This document shows positions 1-13,432 of a stretch of 64,000 nt of DNA, in pieces (positions within the stretch are counted from its first letter, which is position 1; every line of letters begins with the position of its first letter). Source of the DNA: Eledone cirrhosa. Taxonomy: Eukaryota. Position numbers and translations under genes: made by a program. The stretch is taken from positions 16,182,001-16,246,000 of the forward strand of contig OZ024765.1 of assembly GCA_964016885.1 (NCBI GenBank), read 5' to 3'. The notes below the pieces were generated by a model that was not told the DNA's origin, did no database searches, and saw only the letters and a list, made by a program, of their open reading frames with translations.

Positions 1-39
1 CTGTGCTTGGACCTGGCGTATATGTATATATTTATTTAC

Positions 40-800
40 CATAGAACTTTATCCCAAAGCTTAACGGACGATACACATTTAAAGCCATTAAAACACGGGC
101 GCTATCTCTGGTGAGATTCTGAGCTCGGATTTTTGGCTTGAATGTCGAAGAACTGGAAAACATGGACCGAAAAACATGAAAGCTTCCAATGAGATATTGA
201 TATCTTCATCCAAGCAAAGACTATTATAGGTTACACGCCAAGGAAAAACGAATGTATAGATTTGACATATTATAGAAGATGTATATGGACAGGAGAAACC
301 AATGGTATATAAACCTTGTCACGGAACCTTTACCGTTGGAAGTGAGAATGTCAGATTTGGTTAATATTGATATTTTCAAAGACAAAGTCCAATCCAAAAG
401 AGAGAAGAATGCTGAAGCTGTGAAAAATTCTTGTACATAGACGTTGAAACTGGAATGGTAAAGAGTTGGTTATGGATGCACAAGAGTTATTTGAAACCAG
501 GATCAGAAGTCATTGTCAGTATTTCTCAAGAAGAGGTCCTTACTGCAAACTACATTAAAACGATAACAAATCAGAAGGGGTTAAATATTGAATATATGAG
601 TAAAACTCTAAGAAGCGCATCACTACAACATTGACAGGACTAGCCAAAAATGGTTAGGATCAGTGACAGGGTGTTGTGTGAAAAGTAAGGTCTTGATAGA
701 TGAGATAAATGATATGAACTGTAACTAGATGTCAATGTGGGGAATGATTTTATTAAATTTTCGTGAGTTTACATGATCCCATGTGAAGTGGGAGACAGGA
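40..800 (+). mobile_element. Decayed non-LTR retrotransposon fragment, R4/Dong-like (post-RT region)
   Basis: Broken frames read EELENMDRKT..LHPSKDYYRL and KSWLWMHKSYLKPGSEVIVSISQEEVLTANYIK, resembling the post-RT region of R4-clade elements. Contains stops and frameshifts. Confidence 0.6.
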
Positions 801-1029
801 GGCATCTCTATATTTTAATGAGCCGTCATTAAAAATGATTTATCCATAGCATTTGTACGTATGCTTCTCTTTCTCCCTCCACCCCTTCTCTCTCACACTC
901 CACCCCTTCTCTCTCTCCCTCCACCACTTCTCTCTCTCACTCTCATTGGATTTTAGTATAAGGTAATTTGGGGAGACAGGACACATGTCATACATAATCT
1001 CAATCATGACATCCATAACTTTGAAGTTA

Positions 1030-1078
<49 letters not shown>

Positions 1079-1157
1079 GTTGCGAGGTAAATTAGGCTTA
1101 GAAAAGGAATGAGAATAAGAATAAAGCAAGAACAGGGGTTGTCCTTTTCCTCATCAG

Positions 1158-1200
1158 TTGTCTACTGGTGGTTTCGGATATTTCAATGCTTTAAAGACAA
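1158..1200 (-). ncRNA. Degenerate hammerhead-like relic
   Basis: Minus strand reads TTGTC-tttaaag...tcc-GAAAC-cacca-GTA-GACAA. Stem I (TTGTC/GACAA) and GAAAC..GTA are intact, but the CTGANGA core is destroyed. Confidence 0.3.
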
Positions 1201-1351
1201 TATATCTACCCCCATACATACATACACGTATGTATAACCAAATGAAAGTACATATGTATATACAGAGAGAGAAAGAGCCATATATTGTTTAAGGAAGACA
1301 GTACATTATAGATTATGTATTGGGTATATATAATATACTCTCCCATTATAT

Positions 1352-1402
<51 letters not shown>

Positions 1403-1406
<4 letters not shown>

Positions 1407-1588
1407 GTTTCTACTTTAGGCACAAGGCCAGCAATTAACCAGTGCATTACTGGTACTTTATTTTATCGACCCCGTAAGGATGAAAGGCAAAGTCAACCTC
1501 GGCGGGATTTGAACTCAGATCGTAAAGGGACGTAACTATGCTGGAAAGCATGGCGTCCGACACTCTACCGATACTGCCAATCCACCGC
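1403..1588 (-). mobile_element. tRNA-derived SINE (MetaSINE-type), full-length short variant
   Basis: Reverse complement has A box TGGCAGTATCGG, B box GAGTTCAAATCC, the GCCTTTCATCCTTACGGGTCGATAAAATAAAGTACCAG domain, and 3' end GGCCTTGTGCCTAAAGTAGAAAC. Confidence 0.9.
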
Positions 1589-1660
1589 ATATATAATATA
1601 TATATATATATATATATAATATATATATATATATGATATATATATAATATATATATATAT

Positions 1661-1846
1661 AGAAAAGCTTCTACAGGACTAGAACTGGTTCATTCGTTAG
1701 AAATCCTCATGAGCTTCGTGATGATTTCTCACGAATAAAACAGTTCTAGTGCTGTAGAAGCTTTTCTATTTTAAATATTTATAATCTGCGTTGTATTGAG
1801 TATCTTACTTACTGTGGTTAACCCCGATTGAACCCGGGATAAACTT
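1661..1846. mobile_element. Family A fold-back hammerhead mini-element, diverged copy
   Basis: Inverted repeat 1661-1768 followed by a unique tail to 1846, with (TA)n on both sides. HHR cores are mutated (GTGATGA, TAAAAC). Confidence 0.7.
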
Positions 1847-1860
1847 ATATATATATATAT

Positions 1861-2071
1861 ACGTTATTCTGGGTTGAATCGGAGGTAACCACAGTAAGTA
1901 AAGTACTCAATACATAGCAGAGTATAACAGTTTTAATATAGATGAGATTCTACAGGACTAGAACTCTTTCATTCTTTAGAAATCATCAGGAATCTGAGCC
2001 AGATTCCTGATGATTTCTAAAGAATGAAACAGTTCTAGTCCTGTAGAATCTCATCTATATTAAAACTGTTA
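1861..2071. mobile_element. Family A fold-back hammerhead mini-element (PLE pLTR-like)
   Basis: Tail 1861-1925, then a near-perfect palindrome ~1925-2071 centred near 1998. The same family occurs at 33590 and 48507. Confidence 0.85.
2001..2051 (+). ncRNA. Type I hammerhead ribozyme motif (family A)
   Basis: AGATTC-CTGATGA-tttctaaagaat-GAAACAG-ttctagtc-CTGTA-GAATCT. Stems I and III pair perfectly; predicted cleavage after GUA (2045). Confidence 0.8.
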
Positions 2072-2166
2072 TGTAATAAACATCATAACATCATTATTTC
2101 ATTTAACGTGCCTGACACTAAGGTCTGACATCGGTCGTCCTTTATATATATATATACATTTAATTG

Positions 2167-2248
<82 letters not shown>

Positions 2249-2273
2249 ATGTGGGTGGTATTAAATACCATCG

Positions 2274-2335
2274 AATTACTCCGAAGATGACGGTCTTGTG
2301 TTAGAATGAAACAATCGTAAGTTATTTAATGTTCT
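2274..2335 (+). ncRNA. Degenerate hammerhead motif in a ~120-bp island within (TA)n
   Basis: AATTACT-CCGAAGA-...-GAAAC-aatc-GTA-AGTTATT. Stem I pairs 6/7; the core carries U4->C and stem II is poor. Confidence 0.45.
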
Positions 2336-2362
2336 AAGCACTCCCTGATTGCTGTTAATGAA

Positions 2363-2425
<63 letters not shown>

Positions 2426-3260
2426 AAGCTGTATATGTGTGTGAGAGAGATAGTGTGTTTGTATATGTGTGTTGTTTTCATAGCAGTAATACTTACATTC
2501 AAAATTTTTCTAAACATATCAGTTAGATTAGGCGCCATAAAACACTTGTATAATTCGTTTTCAAAAATTTAACACAGCTTTCAAGCTATATATTTTTATT
2601 GATAATTTTCCCGACCGTTAATGTGTGTATATATTTTACGTACTTTTATAATTTTACGATAATTTAAAATTATTTTTTGACTCCATTTTCTTCACTTATC
2701 GAATTGTCGTTTTATAATGTTTGGTTTGGTTTCACTAGATCACAGTTTTAGTTACGATATATATATATATATGTAATATATATATATATATATAATATAT
2801 ATATATATATATTACATATATATATATATATAATATATGTATATATATAATATATATATATTATATATATATTACATATGTGTTTTATTTATATATATAT
2901 ATATATGTATTATATATAATACACACGTATATATATATTGTATATATATATGTGTATTATATATAATACATATATATATATAAATAATACACATATGTAA
3001 TATATATATAATATATATATATATATATTATATATATATTACATATGTGTATTATTTATATATATATATGTATTATATATAATACACACATATATATATA
3101 CTATATATATATATATTATATATATATATATATATGTATAATATATATATATATAATAAATATATATATATATGTGTATATATATATACTAAATATATAT
3201 ATGTATACTATAAATCTATAATATATATATAATAAATATATATATCTGTATATATATGCT

Positions 3261-3293
<33 letters not shown>

Positions 3294-3309
3294 ATATATA
3301 TATATACTA

Positions 3310-3346
<37 letters not shown>

Positions 3347-3874
3347 TTAGTATATATATATATACATATATATACAAATCCTAATTAAAGCCAATGCGGG
3401 ATAAGAAAATAATGAACCACTTTAAGTGTAGCTACAGTACTGAAAATAAAGAAATAATTTAAGTTTGCAAACAATTAACAAAAACAATAAAAGGTAATAA
3501 GAAAAAAATATTAAAAATATTAAAATAGGGAAATAAAAAAAAATTTTAAGAAAAAAATGAAAATTAAATATAATAAAAAAAAAATGACATTGAAATGACA
3601 ACAAAATTGAAAACTAAAATAAAATAAATTAAAAATAAAATAAATTAAAATGAAAGGATGATAAAATTTTCGATGAATAATTAGAAAATAACAGAAAAAT
3701 CGAAGCGAAAAATCAAAAATAAATACCAACATATGTCCTTGTATCGAATTTCTGGGATGTAATTTTCTGTTTATTTAATTTATTATTTTTAATCATCATT
3801 AAAATTCAATCTTACCTCATGTTATTACTTAATTTTCACGCATTTTATTCTTGTTTACCCTTCACCGCCCTGTA

Positions 3875-4765
3875 CGTTGATGTTGGTGTTGTTATTGTGT
3901 TTATGTGTTGGTGGTGTTGTTCATGTGTTTATGTGGCTGTTGATATTGTTGTTGTGTTTATGTTGTTGGTGTTGTTGATGTGTTTATGTTGATGTTTGTA
4001 TTGTTGTGTTTCTGTGGTTGTTGCTGTTATTTATTGAGGTTTGTGTTGTTGTTGTCGATGTGTTTATTGTGGTTAGTGTTGTTGTTGTATTTATTGTGTT
4101 TCTGCTGCTGCTGTTCTTGTTGTTGTTGTTGTGTTAGTTGTGGTTTGTGTTGTTGTTGTTTTTGTTAAAATGTTGTGTTTATTGTGTTCCTGCTGTTGCT
4201 GTTGTTACTTTTCTTGTTGTTGTTGTTCTTGTTGGGCTTCTTCTTGTTGTTGTGGCTGTTGTTCTAGTTGTTGTTACTGTGGTTTGTGTTGATGTTGATG
4301 CTGTTGTTGTTGTTGTTGTTGTTGTGTTTATTGGTGTTTGTGTTATCGCAGTTGTTGTTGTTCTTCTTGTTGATGTTGATGCTGTTGTTGTGTTTATTGT
4401 GGTCTCTGTTGTTGTTGTTGTCTTTATTGAGGTTTGTGTTGTTGTTGCTGTCGTTGCTGTTGTTGTTGTTGTGTGCATTGTGTCTGTTGCTGATGTTGTT
4501 GTTGTATTTGTTGATGTTGATGGTGATGATAATTATGATGTTGATGGTGTTGATGGTGATGATAATTATGATGTTGACGGTGATGATGTTGATGATGTTG
4601 ATGAAAGTAATGGTGCTGCTGCGGACGGCGATGATGATGATTATAGTGATGATGATGGTCATGATGGTGATGATGATGAGGATAATGATGTCACAGTTGT
4701 TGTTTATTTGTATTTGCTTATCCTTGTTGTTGTTGTTGTTCTTGTTGTTGTTGTTGTATTCTTTG
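3875..4765. repeat. Low-complexity (GTT)n/(GAT)n tract
   Basis: Degenerate trinucleotide repeats that produce the poly-V, poly-L and poly-T pseudo-ORFs. Confidence 0.9.
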
Positions 4766-4814
4766 GTGACGCTACTATATTATTATTTTAATTTAAATTA
4801 TTATTTTAATTTAA

Positions 4815-5088
4815 AAGTAAAGTACCAGTAATACACTGGAGTAATTGATGGCCTTGTGCCAAAAGTAGAAACAGTTATTACGGGGTCGATACAATAAAGT
4901 ACCAGTAATACACTGGGGTAATTGCTGGCTTTCTGCCAAAAGCAGAAAAAATTATTACAAGGTCGATAAAATAAAGTACCAGTAATACACTGGTATAATT
5001 GCTGGCCTTGTGCCAAAAGTAGAACAGTTATTACGGGGTCGATACAATAAAGTACCAGTAATACACTGGCGTAATTGCTGGCCTTGTC
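4815..5088 (+). mobile_element. Four tandem 3' fragments of the MetaSINE-type SINE
   Basis: Repeated AAAGTACCAGTAATACACTGG...GGCCTTGTGCCAAAAGTAGAAAC units lacking the tRNA head. Confidence 0.85.
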
Positions 5089-5941
5089 ACTGAGACTTAG
5101 GAAGCCTACCAGGTATATTGTGTAGGCCTAGTCCAGTCGTTTGAGCAACATGAAGTCATTTTGAGTGATGCCTACTAAGCGATATTTTTTTAAGTGTCTC
5201 AGAATGTCGTCGTTCTCAATGACTTCACTAAAAATTCTTCGCTTAAAATGAATGGAACCTGTGTAGGCGTTCGGCATAGTGCTGAGTGTGTTCGTTTCAG
5301 GGTCGTAATGGCAGGGGTTTTACTCCAATGGCGTGTTATCCTCATCATCATGGTCCCTTAAACCTTTTGGTATCGTTGGGACACTAGTTTTGAACAATGC
5401 ACCAACTGCTTCGATCTCTGACGAGCATGTGCGAGTGATTGGTATGTGGCAAAGTTCTTTCCTGTTCACTCAGCTAAGTTGTCTGATAACCGCCTAATCT
5501 ATATCTCCCTTGCTTTCTCATTCATCTAATTTCCTTGATGAATTGTCTTAGAGATTCCACCCGATGTTGTTACATGCTCATACCACCTAGGCTTCCAGCT
5601 CTTCGCCGTGGTGAGCAAATCTGGGTGATAGTTTAGCGGTCCCCCTCGTTCTTGACGTGGTATTATACTCTTGAGCAAAACCTTTATTCCACGTTGCTAC
5701 TGTGTACGCAAAGGGAACACAAATGAGATGTGCCTGGAATTAAAAATTCCCTGGCATTGTTACGACTGTCTCAGAACTTATTTGAAGGTGATCTTTCCTG
5801 TGAATGCTCATCTATTTAGCCGGGAGTGTTGCGTTTTTCAAGTAACTGGAATATTCGTCGTCGTAAATAACGGAGTTCCCACAAACATATAACTTCCTTG
5901 TTTTATCCGCAGCCTATCTGTCTCTCTATCTCTCTATATCC

Positions 5942-6053
<112 letters not shown>

Positions 6054-6054
6054 A

Positions 6055-6091
<37 letters not shown>

Positions 6092-6316
6092 TAATTAGGA
6101 AATGAACAACACAAAATATAACTACTCCATTACCCAAAGTTTATGCATCCCAGACAACATTAATATACATAGCTCTGTTCTATATATAGAGCACACTTTT
6201 TTCCTTTGCTTTTTCTTCGGAATTACCTAAAACATAACACACATATATATATATATATTATGTATATATACATGTATATATATATATATATATACGTACG
6301 CACGCACACACACAAG

Positions 6317-6376
<60 letters not shown>

Positions 6377-6726
6377 TATATATATATATATATATAGATA
6401 TGTGTGTGTGTGTGTGTTTACATACATAGACAAGTGTATTTAATTAAATTATTTTACGCTGAAGCGGTTTCAACTAATTTTTGTTGATTTAAGATATATC
6501 TAAGATACTAATCTCATTAGTTGTAATACTAGTAGAATTAGTAGTAGTAGTAGTAGTAGTAGTAATGTTAGTACTAATAGTAGTAGTAGTACTGGTAGTA
6601 ATGGTAGTAGAAGTAGTAGTTGTAATGGTGGTAGTAGTAGTAGTCAAAACATATCTCCACCATCTTGTGTTTATCCTACACAACATCAACTTGTAATTTC
6701 ATATAACAACCATAATCATTGTTTTT

Positions 6727-7280
6727 CGGTGGATTGGCAGTACCGGTAGAGGGTCGGACGCCATGCTTTAACGCACAGAGTTACGTCCCTTTACGATCTG
6801 AGTTCAAATCCCGCCGAGGTTGACTTTGCCTTTCATCCTTACGGGGTCGATAAAATATAGTACCAGTAATGCACTGGGGTAATTGCTGGCCTTGTGCCTA
6901 AAGTAGAAACAATTATTTTTCGGTGGATTGGCAGTATCGGTAGAGGGTCGGACGCCATGCTTTGACGCACAGAGTTACGTCCCTTTATGATCTGAGTTCA
7001 AATCCCGCCGAGGTTAGCTTTGCCTTTTATCCTTACGGGGTCGATAAAGTAAAGTACCGGTAATGTACTGGATAATTGCTGGCCTTGTGCCTAAAATAGA
7101 AACAATTATTTCTATAACACCTTCAAAAGGCGGTGCATTAGCACAGTGTGATGCCCTTTACGTTCTGGGTTCAAATCCCCGTGGTTAATGTTGCCTTTCA
7201 TCGTTAGAGGGTCGATAAAATAAAGTACCAGTAATACACTGGTTTAATTGCTGGCCTTGTGCCACATGTAGAAACAAGTA
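6727..7280 (+). mobile_element. Three head-to-tail MetaSINE-type SINEs (6727-6915, 6921-7108, internally deleted 7129-7280)
   Basis: The first two have A and B boxes, the Meta domain and the GTAGAAACAATT end. The third keeps the B box, Meta domain and end. Confidence 0.9.
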
Positions 7281-7443
7281 TTATCATTACTACTATTATG
7301 TTGTTATTCTATTGAATTTAATGATGATGCTTATGATGATATTGATGGTGATGATGAATATAGTGGTGATGGTGAAGGTGAGGGTGTTGGTGGTGATCGT
7401 TTAGTTGTTGATAATCACGACAATGAACATGATGATGATGATG

Positions 7444-7503
7444 ATATATATATATATATATATATATTTATTTATATATTTATTTATATATTTATATATA
7501 TAT

Positions 7504-7553
<50 letters not shown>

Positions 7554-7684
7554 TTATATATATATATATTTATATATTTATATATATATTTATATATATA
7601 TATATAATATATATATTTATAAATATATATATTTATAAATATATATATATATATAAATATATATATATATAATATATATATATT

Positions 7685-7735
<51 letters not shown>

Positions 7736-7910
7736 ATATATTTATAAATATATATATTTATAAATATATATATTTATAAATATATATATTTATAAATATA
7801 TATATTTATAAATATATATATTTATAAATATTATATACATATAAATATATATATTTATAAATATATATATATACAAATATATATATATATATAATGTATA
7901 TATATATATT

Positions 7911-7941
<31 letters not shown>

Positions 7942-8040
7942 ATATATATATTTATAAATATATATATTTATAAATATATATATTTAATAAATATATATAT
8001 TTATAAATATATATATATATAAATATATATATATATAAAT

Positions 8041-8095
<55 letters not shown>

Positions 8096-8115
8096 AATAT
8101 ATATACAAAATATAC

Positions 8116-8160
<45 letters not shown>

Positions 8161-8165
8161 AAATA
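7444..8165. repeat. Compound (TA)n microsatellite
   Basis: TA repeats interrupted by TTTA/TAAA. Similar large tracts occur at 9090-11400, 17380-21520, 28410-32320, 33798-34017, 45230-45950 and 56280-56760. Confidence 0.95.
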
Positions 8166-8169
8166 TAGT

Positions 8170-8492
8170 ATACTAGGGAGAGGATCAGGGGTGTATAACA
8201 CTCCACTTATCCAACAGGCAGTATAAGGTTAACTCGATGTCTGAGGACAGAGCCGTGATATATTAAATAACAAAGAACGCCTATAGCATACGCATATCTT
8301 TACTTGCTAACATTGTTTCAACCGCACTATACGTGGGACTCATCAGAGCATAAAGGTTAATTACATACCATACATGTATGGTATCTAATTAACCTTTATG
8401 CTCTGATGAGTCCCACGTATAGTGCGGATGAAACAATGTTAGCAAGTAAAGATATGCATATGCTATAGGCGTTCTTTGTAATTTAATATATA
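8170..8492. mobile_element. Family B fold-back hammerhead mini-element
   Basis: Tail 8170-8257, then ~115-bp inverted arms (8259-8490) centred on TACATGTA (8371-8378). (TA)n on both sides. Confidence 0.85.
8394..8451 (+). ncRNA. Minimal type I hammerhead (family B); antisense twin at 8298-8355
   Basis: CTTTATGCT-CTGATGA-gtcccac(gtata)gtgcggat-GAAAC-aat-GTT-AGCAAGTAAAG. Stem III is minimal and near-palindromic, as in PLE hammerheads. Confidence 0.8.
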
Positions 8493-9497
8493 TATAAATA
8501 TATATATTTATATATATATAAATATATTGAAGTAGTAATGTTAGTCATGGTAGTGGTGGTGGTGGTGGTAGTGGTCGTGGTGTAGTCGTGGTGGTGGCGG
8601 TTTAGTGGTAGTGTGGTGGTGTTGATGGTGGTGGTAGTGGTGGTAGAGGTGGTGGTGGTGGTGGCAATGAGGTTCAGACATTGCGCGGTTATGATGGGGT
8701 GTCATAACACGGGAAAATGTCTGTGATGAGTGTGTCGGTGTTGACTTCGTTGATGATAATGACGATGATGATGATGTCGATGATGATGATGATGATGATG
8801 ATGATGCGGTCGATATATAAGTAGAGCTAGCGTGGCGGGGAGGGGTAGACGGTGAAGATATAACAGACTAAGGTAAAGAAGTATGAAGAAGGAGAAGGAG
8901 GAGAAGAAGAAAATGATGATGATGGTGAAGGAGAAGGAGAAGAAGAACAGGAAGAGAACTACTCTCCCCCAATCAAAGAAAATTAAAAATAATTAAAATT
9001 ATGTTGAAAGAAATTAAGAATTTTCTACGAGAAGACAATAAAACGAAGTCATTAAAAATAGATAAATATTTAAATAATGAATAAATGTATATATATATTT
9101 ATATATATATATATTTATTTATATATATATATATTTATATATATATATATAAATATATATATTTATATATATATATATAAATATATATATTTATATATAT
9201 ATATATAAATGTATATATATATATATATGTATATACATATATATATTTAACTGCAAATTAGAACACAAATATATACACAGAAACACATTCACAGACACTC
9301 ACAAACACAGTCATATATATATATATATAAATTATAATATACATGTATATGTATATACTCACATATATGTGAATATTTATATACATATATATGTATGTAT
9401 ATATATGTATATATATATATATGTATCTATGTATATATATCTATGCATATATGTATATATATATATATATGCATATGTGTGTGTGTGTGTGTGTGTG

Positions 9498-9543
<46 letters not shown>

Positions 9544-9576
9544 AACATATGTATATATGTGTGAGTGTATATACTG

Positions 9577-9613
<37 letters not shown>

Positions 9614-9668
9614 ATATATACACACACACAAACATGTGTATATATGTGTGAGTGTATATACTGTATAC

Positions 9669-9748
<80 letters not shown>

Positions 9749-9751
9749 ATT

Positions 9752-9786
<35 letters not shown>

Positions 9787-9791
9787 ATATA

Positions 9792-9920
<129 letters not shown>

Positions 9921-9935
9921 ATTTATATATATATT

Positions 9936-10068
<133 letters not shown>

Positions 10069-10322
10069 ATATATATATGTGTACATATATATACATACAT
10101 AAAAATATACTTGTATGTATACATACATATGTGTGTGTATATATATATATATATGTGTACATATATATACATACATAAAAATATACTTGTATGTATATAT
10201 ATACATAAAAATATACTTGTATATATTAGACAGATATATAAATATAGATAGGTAGATCTTTATATATATATATAAATGTATATATATATATATAAATGTA
10301 TATATATATATAAATGTATATA

Positions 10323-10383
<61 letters not shown>

Positions 10384-10419
10384 TTAGATAGATCTTTATA
10401 TATATAAATAAACATGTAT

Positions 10420-10451
<32 letters not shown>

Positions 10452-10482
10452 GTGTGTATGTGTGTGTGTGTGAACACGTATT

Positions 10483-10553
<71 letters not shown>

Positions 10554-10563
10554 AACACGTATT

Positions 10564-10598
<35 letters not shown>

Positions 10599-10946
10599 CC
10601 TGGTAGTCTATATAAGATATCAGTAAATTTCTCGTCTGCTTCATTTGTGTCACACAAGCTCTGCGGGGATAATTTCGTTAAGATTTTAAAAAGTCGCCAT
10701 TTTTCTTCATCCCAACTCATACCCGAAATATTTCGTCAGTTGTTTCTTTATTTTGTATTTGTTTTTAGTTATTATATTTTTGGTTTTATATGGTATTCTG
10801 TTGGTTTTAGTTTCGTGGTTGTTATAGTCTCCGTTTTTGCAAACCTCGACATGTTTTGCCATATATTTTCTGTATATATTTTCTATATATATTTTCTATA
10901 TATATTTTCTATATATATTTTCTATATATATATGTGTATATGTATA

Positions 10947-11058
<112 letters not shown>

Positions 11059-11162
11059 TACATATATGTATATGCATATATATATATATATACATATATA
11101 TATAATTATAAATATATATATATATATATAAATATATATATATGCATACATATATGTATATG

Positions 11163-11231
<69 letters not shown>

Positions 11232-11281
11232 GCATACATATATATATATATATATGTTTACACACACACACATATATATAT

Positions 11282-11336
<55 letters not shown>

Positions 11337-11349
11337 TATATATATACAT

Positions 11350-11401
<52 letters not shown>

Positions 11402-11640
11402 CAATCTTTAATTCTGTTAGTATAGTTAGAATTAATTCTATTACTGCCAAACTTTTCAACACATATACAATTATTATAAGGTATGTATACTCTGAATTCT
11501 CTTCCTAACTTACCACCTTACCATCAGACCTTTCCATCTTTCTCTCTCTCTCCTTCTCACCCTTTCTCTCTCTCTCTCTCTTTCACTTTCTCTCTCTCTC
11601 TATATATATATATAAATAGCCACACCCTCTCTATCTCCCT

Positions 11641-11690
<50 letters not shown>

Positions 11691-11859
11691 ATATATATAA
11701 CCACCCTCTTTCTCTCTATCACTCTCGCTCTCTCTCTCTTTATATATATATATACATATCCACCCCCTCTCAATCTCCCTTACCCTCTTTCTCTCTTTCT
11801 CTCCTTCTCTCCTTCTCTTCCCTTCCCTCTTTCTATCTCTCTCTATCTCCCACTTTCTT

Positions 11860-11896
<37 letters not shown>

Positions 11897-12354
11897 CATA
11901 ACCATCTTATATATATATATATAACCATCTTTTGTTCTTATATAATTATATATATATATATATCTTCACCCACTCTCTCTTAATTCTCTTTAAATTTGTC
12001 TCTCCTCTCTCTCCTTTACCTGTTCTCTCTCTCTCTCTCCCCTCCCTCTCTCTCCTCGCTCTCTCTTTCTTAATCTCTTTTCTTTCTTTCTCTCCGCAGC
12101 TTTCTCTTCGCGTTCTCTCTTTACAAAACAGAGCTTTGGACAATGTCCAAAAGACATTTATATATATGTATATATATGTATATATACAGATATATATACA
12201 TATATATAAATGTTGAACATTTATATATATGTATATATACACATATATATATACATATATATATAAATGTTTATATTTCCGTGTATATACATATATTGGC
12301 TGCTTTTGAATCCCAACATATATATTTATACATTTATACATGCATAAAATACAT

Positions 12355-12478
12355 ACGTATGTATGTATGTATGTATGTATGTATGTATGTATGTATGTAT
12401 GTATGTATGTATGTATGTATGTATGTATGTATGTATGTATGTATGTATGTATGTATGTATGTATGTATGTATGTATGT
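12355..12478. repeat. (GTAT)n microsatellite
   Basis: About 30 essentially perfect tetranucleotide units. Confidence 0.95.
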
Positions 12479-12981
12479 GTGTGTGTGTGGTTTTGTATCT
12501 ATGTATATGTGTGTTTGTGTGTGTATGCGTGTGTTTATGTGTGTCTACAAGGTAGGGTAATTAAATATGTCTTAAAGACTATTTATTTATACATAAGTAA
12601 ACATTTATATATTCATATATATACATACATATATACCTACATACATTCATACATATATATACATATATATATACATATATATCTGTATATACATATATAT
12701 ATATATATATATGGGTGAATGTGTGTGTGTGTGTAAGGAGTTTTACCCATACACATACATACACACGTGTACTCAGATGCATATAAATACCCACGCATAT
12801 ACACTCACACTTATATATATATATATATGTATGTATGTATAATATATATTTATATACAAATACCCACACATACACTCACACTTATATATATATATATATG
12901 TATGTATGTATAATATATATTTATATACAAATACCCACACATACACTCACACTTATATATATATATATGTGTATATATATT

Positions 12982-13014
<33 letters not shown>

Positions 13015-13062
13015 GTATAATATATATTTATATACAAATACCCACACCTATACACTCACACT

Positions 13063-13094
<32 letters not shown>

Positions 13095-13163
13095 TAAATA
13101 TATATATATAATATATATTTATATATAAATACCTAATACCTATACACATACACTCACACTTAC

Positions 13164-13229
<66 letters not shown>

Positions 13230-13432
13230 CTATATACGTAGTGAGTATATAATTATGTTATTACAGTTCTTGGCATTAATAAAATATTCTCTTCGTCGAC
13301 GCTAATTAGCCATGCCAATGACTCCCTTAACAAAGCAATTATGTCTTCCGCTGAAGGCGAACGAATAACGCGCCCGACATTGTTAATTTTCAGCAGCAGC
13401 AGCAGATCAGCAGCACCTGTAGTAGCATCATT

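Noticed and set aside
1925-2071. Palindromes as pre-miRNAs or ordinary MITEs
   Set aside because: Asymmetric tails, copy-specific centres, embedded HHR cores and fixed polarity fit PLE-type inverted ends better, although a MITE origin is not formally excluded.
5090-5600. Possible minus-strand LINE remnant (..PRWYEH..)
   Set aside because: Only a 4-6 residue resemblance in a stop-ridden frame, so it cannot be assigned.
10597-10745. Minus-strand peptide [20 protein letters not shown]... as an exon; CTGACGA nearby as an HHR core
   Set aside because: No splice donor precedes the TA run, no homology is recognisable and no HHR fold can be completed.
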